A DNA stretch of 13,527 nucleotides from Candidatus Eiseniibacteriota bacterium (GTDB lineage: Bacteria; Eisenbacteria; RBG-16-71-46; JABDJR01; JAWXBZ01): NCBI GenBank assembly GCA_034440375.1, contig JAWXBZ010000163.1, forward strand, positions 1-13,527. The letters are read 5' to 3'. The position numbers and the translations under genes were made by a program. Under the pieces are notes generated by a model, which did no database searches, was not told where the DNA came from, and saw nothing but the letters and a program-made list of their open reading frames with translations. Within the stretch, counting starts at the first letter, position 1. Every line of letters starts with the position of its first letter. Below, piece after piece: positions 8,936 to 13,527 of the stretch.

Positions 8936-9187
8936 TTGGAACCCATCACGCCAGCCCAGATTCGCCGGATCCTCGAGGTGACCGATGCCCTCTGCATCCA
9001 CCGCGAGGCCGTCACCATCCCACTGGCCCGCGAGGGGAGCGGCCGTCTCGAACGGGTGGCCGGGTCGAAGATTCAGATCACCGCACCGGAGGGGGGCATC
9101 TTCGAGTCATGGCTGGCGGCACTGGCCGGGCAGATCGGGGGACTCGACTTGAGCGGCGTTCTGCGCACCGACGACGGGGAGGAGTAA
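8936..9187 (+). CDS. Small hypothetical protein, about 83 aa (MEPITPAQIRRILEVTDALCIHREAVTIPL...)
   Basis: SD GGAGG at 8924-8928 then TTG at 8936, in frame with the 8852 ORF. Globular-looking composition, GC3-rich codons, and it fills the gap between neighbouring genes. Confidence 0.75.
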   Translation: MEPITPAQIRRILEVTDALCIHREAVTIPLAREGSGRLERVAGSKIQITAPEGGIFESWLAALAGQIGGLDLSGVLRTDDGEE

Positions 9188-9220
9188 TCCGGCAGGGCTC
9201 GGCTGCCGCGACGGACGCCC

Positions 9221-10378
9221 TCAGTCGAGCCAGGTCTCGGTCAGTGAGATGTCGCGGCGCTTCAACTCACGGACAAATGCGGCACCTGGAACGGCCGATT
9301 CCAGGGGGACGGCCCCGGCCGGCACCTCGCGGCGAGCCTGGAGGATCGTGACGATGGCCGCCGGGTAGGCGGTCGTCCGCTCCATGGCGGTGAAGCCGGT
9401 TTCGGCGCTCTGGCGGTCGATGATCTCCTGGCGAAGGGTGCGCGTCCTTCCGTCTATTTCGCCGGTCAAGTCCACGCGGAGAACGACCAGGTCCGGGTCG
9501 TCCGGAAAATCAATCCAGCGCGAGAGGAGACGATGGGCCAGCTGTCGCGGCGCCACCTCGATGTCGCCGACCTTGACCGGTTTCGTGTCGAGGAATCCCA
9601 GGTCGATGAGCGGCTTCAGCTGATCGTAGTGGCCGGGGTACCTGAGAGTCTTGTACTCGTAGTCCGGAATCTTTCCCTCGAGCGTCCAGGGGCATGTGGA
9701 GGTGCCACCCGACGTGTAGAAGGCATCGAGTGAACCGAGGCCGTCCACCTGGATTGATTCCTTACCGGTGAAGGCGGGTTCGCTGATTCGCCGCCCACCC
9801 CGGAGGATGATCGCCTCGCCGGTGTATTCGTTCGTCAGTCCCTCGAGGCTGAAAACCAGCTTGTAGCCCAGCGGCGGCTTCGGATTCTGGGGGAGACCGC
9901 CACAAAAAATCCTGGCCCGGATGGGTCGGTCGAACTGGTCCATGGCATGCACGGCCAGCGTGTTTCCCATGCCGGGGGCCAGGCCGCAATCGGGAACAAT
10001 CGAAACTCCGGCGGCCCTGGCCTCCTTGTCGAGTTCCAGCTCCGCCCGGACCACGTCGGTGTTGCCACCCAGATCGTTGAAGCAGGCCCCGGCGGCGATG
10101 GCGGCTTTCGCCGCCCCGACATTGAGGAAGTAATGGACACCCGACAGTGCGGCATCGATCCCCTGGAGTGCGCCCGTCAGCGCGGCCCCGTCGCGCACGT
10201 CGATTCCGCGGGATGTGGCGACCGACCGGCCGACCAGTCGATTGATCCGCGCCGCGGCTTCGGAAGCCACCTCGACATCGGCGTCGAGCAATCGAATTTC
10301 TGTGGCATCGCCGAAGAGGGCGAGATCGTGCGCTGCGGCAGTTCCCTGACGGCCGGAGCCGATGATGGCGTATTTCAT
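9221..10378 (-). CDS. Saccharopine dehydrogenase / lysine 6-dehydrogenase family NAD(P)-dependent oxidoreductase, about 385 aa
   Basis: N-terminal Rossmann motif MKYAIIGSGRQG, DLGGN, VPDCGLAPG, CGGLPQNPKPPLGYKLVFSLEGL.NEY, YKTLRYPGH and TAMERTT. Start reassigned from 10495 to ATG 10378, which removes the overlap with the EVE gene. Confidence 0.92.
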   Translation of the reverse strand: MKYAIIGSGRQGTAAAHDLALFGDATEIRLLDADVEVASEAAARINRLVGRSVATSRGIDVRDGAALTGALQGIDAALSGVHYFLNVGAAKAAIAAGACFNDLGGNTDVVRAELELDKEARAAGVSIVPDCGLAPGMGNTLAVHAMDQFDRPIRARIFCGGLPQNPKPPLGYKLVFSLEGLTNEYTGEAIILRGGRRISEPAFTGKESIQVDGLGSLDAFYTSGGTSTCPWTLEGKIPDYEYKTLRYPGHYDQLKPLIDLGFLDTKPVKVGDIEVAPRQLAHRLLSRWIDFPDDPDLVVLRVDLTGEIDGRTRTLRQEIIDRQSAETGFTAMERTTAYPAAIVTILQARREVPAGAVPLESAVPGAAFVRELKRRDISLTETWLD

Positions 10379-10427
10379 GGCCGCGGAGTGTGCCACAGCG
10401 CCGGGGTGAAAGGCTATCATCCCCGCC
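10379..10427. promoter_or_regulatory. Compact divergent promoter region, probably leaderless in both directions
   Basis: TATCAT (10415-10420) lies 7 nt before ATG 10428 on +. TG-G-CACACT (10395-10387) lies 8 nt before ATG 10378 on -. Neither gene has a convincing SD. Confidence 0.55.
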
Positions 10428-10835
10428 ATGGCGACCTGGATGTTCAAGACCGAGCCGGACGACTTCTCGTTCGACGATTTGATCGAGGCCGGCAAGGCCG
10501 GCTGGGACGGCGTGAAGAATGCGCAGGCGTTGATTTACCTGCGCCAAGTGGCGTCCGGAGACGAAGTCTTCATCTACCACACAGGCTCCCAGAAATCGGT
10601 CGTCGGCATCGCCAGGGCCACGGGTCCCGCCCGTCCGGACCCCGGGGACACGACCGGGAAGATGGTGATCGTCCCGATCGCACCGGTCCGCCGCTTTCCG
10701 CGCCCGGTCTCCATCACGGCCATTCGTGCTGACCGGGAGCTGGCCCGTTTCCCCCTCATCAAGAACACGCGCCTCTCGGTGATGCCGGTACTTCCGGCCG
10801 AATGGCGCGCCATCCTTCGGCTGGGGGATTCATAG
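10428..10835 (+). CDS. EVE domain protein (PUA-like nucleic-acid-binding fold), 135 aa
   Basis: WMFKTEPDDFSFDDL, WDGVKN..A...L, GD.VFIYHTG, VVGIA and RLSVMPV...EW..IL. Confidence 0.93.
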   Translation: MATWMFKTEPDDFSFDDLIEAGKAGWDGVKNAQALIYLRQVASGDEVFIYHTGSQKSVVGIARATGPARPDPGDTTGKMVIVPIAPVRRFPRPVSITAIRADRELARFPLIKNTRLSVMPVLPAEWRAILRLGDS

Positions 10836-10898
10836 GCCACCACGGATCCCAGGGCGGCCAGGTCACCCACCTGTCGGCGAAAATAGCGCCCAAGATTC

Positions 10899-10926
10899 GG
10901 CAACCCGATGGGGCCTGCCGACGTCT
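10899..10926 (+). promoter_or_regulatory. Putative ECF sigma-factor promoter
   Basis: GGCAAC (10899-10904), 17 nt, then CGTCT (10922-10926). Matches the AAC...CGT architecture of ECF promoters and precedes envelope protein genes. Confidence 0.5.
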
Positions 10927-10998
10927 GGAAACACAAGACGTTCAGGCCCGGCCGTGCCGGTCCGACCCTTCCAACCCAGAACCGACGGAGGTAAGTCA

Positions 10999-11574
10999 AT
11001 GCGCTCCACGATGTTGGCGGTTGCCGCCCTGACCCTGCTTCTTGCTCCCGTCGCCGCACTTGCCGCCGGCAATCGCTGGCTCCACATCCGGGTCGATGAG
11101 TCGGGCCGGGGTGGCGAAAAGGTGCGGGTCAACGTGCCGCTATCGATGGTCGAAACGCTCCTCCCCCTGATCGAGGACGATGATTTCTCGGGCGGAAAAA
11201 TCCGCTTCAACGATCACGACCTGAATGCCGTCAAACTCCGCGCCATCTGGAAAGCTGTCCGTGCGGCCGGTGAAGGTGAGTACATCACGGTCGAGAGCGA
11301 CGACGAGATTGTTCGCGTCTCCCGGGCCGGCGCCTACCTCCATATCAACGTGGATGAGACAGACGCGGATGGTGAAGATGTCCATGTCCGCATCCCGACC
11401 CTCGTCATGGATGCCCTGCTGTCGGGCCCCGGCGATGAACTCGACCTCGTCGCCGCGATCAAGGTCCTCGATGAAAACGGCGACGGGGAATTGATTCGTG
11501 TGAAGGGCCAGGATGAAAGTGTCCGGATCTGGGTCGATGCCAGTAACGTTGGCGAGGAGAGTTCAACCAAATGA
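10999..11574 (+). CDS. Secreted hypothetical protein with signal peptide and internal duplication, 191 aa
   Basis: SD GGAGGT at 10987-10992, ATG 10999. Signal peptide MRSTMLAVAALTLLLAPVAALA. Repeated units WLHIRVDE..GGEKVRVNVPL / YLHINVDE...GEDVHVRIP and GEYITVESDDEIVRV / GELIRVKGQDESVRI. Confidence 0.85.
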   Translation: MRSTMLAVAALTLLLAPVAALAAGNRWLHIRVDESGRGGEKVRVNVPLSMVETLLPLIEDDDFSGGKIRFNDHDLNAVKLRAIWKAVRAAGEGEYITVESDDEIVRVSRAGAYLHINVDETDADGEDVHVRIPTLVMDALLSGPGDELDLVAAIKVLDENGDGELIRVKGQDESVRIWVDASNVGEESSTK

Positions 11575-12100
11575 ATCCGCGCGCGAAGAAGGTTCTGATC
11601 GTCCTTGGCGCCCTCTGGGGCATCCCGATGGTCGCGATCCTGGTGGTCGGTCTGTGGGTGAAGTCGCTGGGAATGATTTCGGTCCAGGTGGCCGAACGTG
11701 GGCCCGGTGGCACGAACGTGAATCTTCAGATCCCCGGGCGCTGGCGAGCGCGGGCCTGATGTTCCTTCCTGATGTGGTCTGCGCCGAAGTGGCTGACAAT
11801 GTTGACGCCGATTGGGGTCGGGTAGTGAAGGCGCTCGAGAGCGAACTGTCGAAGTGCCCGGACGCGATCTTCGTCGAGGTCAAAGGACCCGACGAAAACG
11901 TGCTGATCCGCAAGGAAGGCCAGCATCTCATCGTTGATGTCGATTCAGACCACGAGACGGTTCACCTCAAGGTGCCGCTCAAGCTCGTAACGGGCTTTCT
12001 CGCCAAGATCGAAGGGCATCACGGGACATCAAAGACAAGCGTCAACGGTGCCGGCAACTGCCGGATCCGAAGAGTCAATCGGGTTGTGACCGGCGCGTAG
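11571..12100 (+). pseudogene. Membrane-anchored paralog of the upstream protein, split by a 1-nt frameshift at about 11732-11738 (about 176 aa if repaired; may be a sequencing error)
   Basis: ATGA-coupled start, an N-terminal TM helix, then ISVQVAERGPGGTNVNLQIPG. The protein-like reading continues in the other frame as ALASAGLMFLP...FVEVKGPDENVLIRKEGQHLIVDVDSDHETVHLKVPL. Adding one G to CCCCGGG joins the two frames. Confidence 0.8.
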
Positions 12101-12123
12101 GAGACATGGTAGAGCCGAACCGC

Positions 12124-12627
12124 TCAGGACAATCGACCGATCGTTCGCATCAAATCGGCGGGGAGGAGAGCCTTGAGGCGCCCCCCGCCGTTTTCCATTT
12201 CTGACTCGAGCCGAATCCACGCCAGCCATCCCTTCCCCAGCGGAATCGCCTCCCCGCCGATCAGTTCTCCGGCCCATGCGCCCAGATCCGGCGCGTGCCC
12301 GACGACCAGGATCCGCTCGGCACGAACCGTCCGCAACGTGCGAACCAGGTCCGCAAACGTGGCGCCCGGCTCCAGCAGATCCGATTCGGTGATCCGGTCT
12401 TCGAGATGGTAGGCCGCGGCCACCGCCTCGGCCGTCTGACGGGCCCGGCGGTAGGGGCTGGTGATGATGGCCTCGATCGCGATCTCCATCCGCTTCATCG
12501 CCCCTGCCTGGAGTGCCATTCTTTCCTTCCCCTCGCGGGTCAGTGGTCGCTCGGAGTCGTGTACCCATGTCGGCGGCCCGTCGTGATCGGCCTCGCCGTG
12601 GCGGAGCAGGTAAAGATGTCGAATCAT
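12124..12627 (-). CDS. sixA: SixA-type phosphohistidine phosphatase (histidine phosphatase superfamily), 167 aa
   Basis: LYLLRHGEA, DSERPLT.EG, SPYRRARQTAE and VVGH.PDL. ATGA overlap with the upstream gene's stop. Confidence 0.92.
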   Translation of the reverse strand: MIRHLYLLRHGEADHDGPPTWVHDSERPLTREGKERMALQAGAMKRMEIAIEAIITSPYRRARQTAEAVAAAYHLEDRITESDLLEPGATFADLVRTLRTVRAERILVVGHAPDLGAWAGELIGGEAIPLGKGWLAWIRLESEMENGGGRLKALLPADLMRTIGRLS

Positions 12628-13214
12628 GCGAAAAATTGGGCCAGGCGCTCGAAGATGCGCAGCGCCGGCGGCAGGGCGGCCATCGCCGCGTACTCTTCAA
12701 ACAGCCGGATAGCGCGACGTGAACGACCATCCGACTCGGCAATGGCACGATTCGCCGCCTGGTGCAGCAGTTCCGGCGTGCCCAGCCTTGGCTTACCGTC
12801 GAGTCCGAACAGGAGGCGCGGCACCTTGATATAGGTCGGCGGCTTGTCGATCAACTCCGGGTGGCGGGCGAGGGCGAAGAGGTCGGCCGCCTTTTCACCG
12901 CGAGGCACCAGGCTCAATGCCTGCAGGAGATGCGTCAACTCATGGGCTGCCGTGAAGAGCGGCAGCGAACCCGGCTTGATCCAGATGGCCGGGAAGGCCG
13001 GATCCAGTGAGGCCCATGCCCGGGCACGGCGACTCCTGGTGCGCCCGACTCGCACCGTGACCGACTCGAGTTCGGGGAAGTGCCGCCGGACGAATTCGAG
13101 CCGGGCCATGGCATGCCGACGAAGGCGAGAGGCCGCCATTGGCTTCGTGAGCTGCCATTGTTCCGCTCGATCGGGCGGACTTTCAAAGAGATTCAGCTGG
13201 CTCATTGCGGACAT
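12624..13214 (-). CDS. Hypothetical protein with HEXXH zinc-metallopeptidase (zincin-like) motif
   Basis: AHELTHLLQ at 12944-12930, followed by GEKAADLFALAR (candidate third ligand Glu). Translationally coupled to sixA. Start uncertain (TTG 13250, ATG 13214 or ATG 13205). Confidence 0.75.
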   Translation of the reverse strand: MSAMSQLNLFESPPDRAEQWQLTKPMAASRLRRHAMARLEFVRRHFPELESVTVRVGRTRSRRARAWASLDPAFPAIWIKPGSLPLFTAAHELTHLLQALSLVPRGEKAADLFALARHPELIDKPPTYIKVPRLLFGLDGKPRLGTPELLHQAANRAIAESDGRSRRAIRLFEEYAAMAALPPALRIFERLAQFFA

Positions 13215-13287
13215 GTCTGGAGTCTGGAGGCGGCCGGGAGGGGTCGTCAATGGCCTGTACTGCTATTCTCACGCCGATCGCCGGGAA

Positions 13288-13313
13288 TTGAACCTTATGA
13301 CCGGTGGAGCGTA
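13288..13313 (+). promoter_or_regulatory. Putative ECF sigma-factor promoter
   Basis: TTGAAC (13288-13293), 16 nt, then CGTA (13310-13313). Close to the Bacillus SigW-type consensus TGAAAC-N16-CGTA. Confidence 0.5.
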
Positions 13314-13347
13314 GAAGTCGCTCGTTTCGCGGAGGAGGTCGTCCGAA

Positions 13348-13527
13348 ATGAGTCTTCCCGAGTTCTGGCAGTTCCTTTCGCCCGGGTGGTGGGTTGTCCA
13401 CGTCCTGGGCATTGGCATCGTCTACATGCTTGGGATGGGGCACGGTCGCCGCCAGGCCTTGAAAATGATGGGCAAGGCCGGGCCCGGTCATTCCGATTCG
13501 GGTCGGGATGAGCTGGTCCGCGGACGC
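13348..13527 (+). CDS. Small membrane protein, 3'-truncated by the window edge (MSLPEFWQFLSPGWWVVHVLGIGIVYMLGMGHGRRQALK...)
   Basis: Strong SD GGAGGAGG at 13331-13338, ATG 13348, open to the window end. One hydrophobic helix followed by basic residues. Not in the supplied ORF track because no stop is reached. Confidence 0.75.
   Translation, partial: MSLPEFWQFLSPGWWVVHVLGIGIVYMLGMGHGRRQALKMMGKAGPGHSDSGRDELVRGR

Noticed and set aside
10379-10495. N-terminal extension of the dehydrogenase ORF from 10495
   Set aside because: It overlaps the EVE gene head-to-head, and the Rossmann motif begins right at ATG 10378.
3016-13511. Many long antisense or alternate-frame ORFs (for example 3051-3755, 5441-6382, 5710-6465, 8659-9351, 9762-10580, 9947-10732, 12029-12748, 13080-13511)
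   Set aside because: Arg/Pro/Gly-rich shadows of real genes, expected in high-GC DNA with few stop codons; no recognisable motifs.

Overview
High-GC bacterial window; the lineage cannot be fixed from the sequence alone. It opens with the 3' end of an rRNA operon (partial 23S, 5S, terminator), followed by a cold-shock protein gene with its own terminator. Next is a tightly coupled four-gene + strand operon: a LuxE-like acyl-protein synthetase, a LuxC-like acyl reductase, a class III PLP aminotransferase and a membrane-anchored penicillin-acylase-type Ntn hydrolase. No luxAB or luxD is present in the window. This operon is the best candidate for an undescribed acid-to-aldehyde-to-amine system. 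Downstream are a cytokinin-dehydrogenase-like FAD oxidoreductase whose catalytic Asp appears replaced by Asn, a small hypothetical gene, and a saccharopine/lysine dehydrogenase-family gene divergent from an EVE-domain gene (both apparently leaderless). After these come two paralogous envelope proteins (the second frameshifted) behind an ECF-type promoter, sixA coupled to a HEXXH protein carrying a QLxLF clamp-binding-like motif, and a truncated small membrane protein ORF missing from the ORF track. All family calls come from motif recognition by eye; no searches were run.
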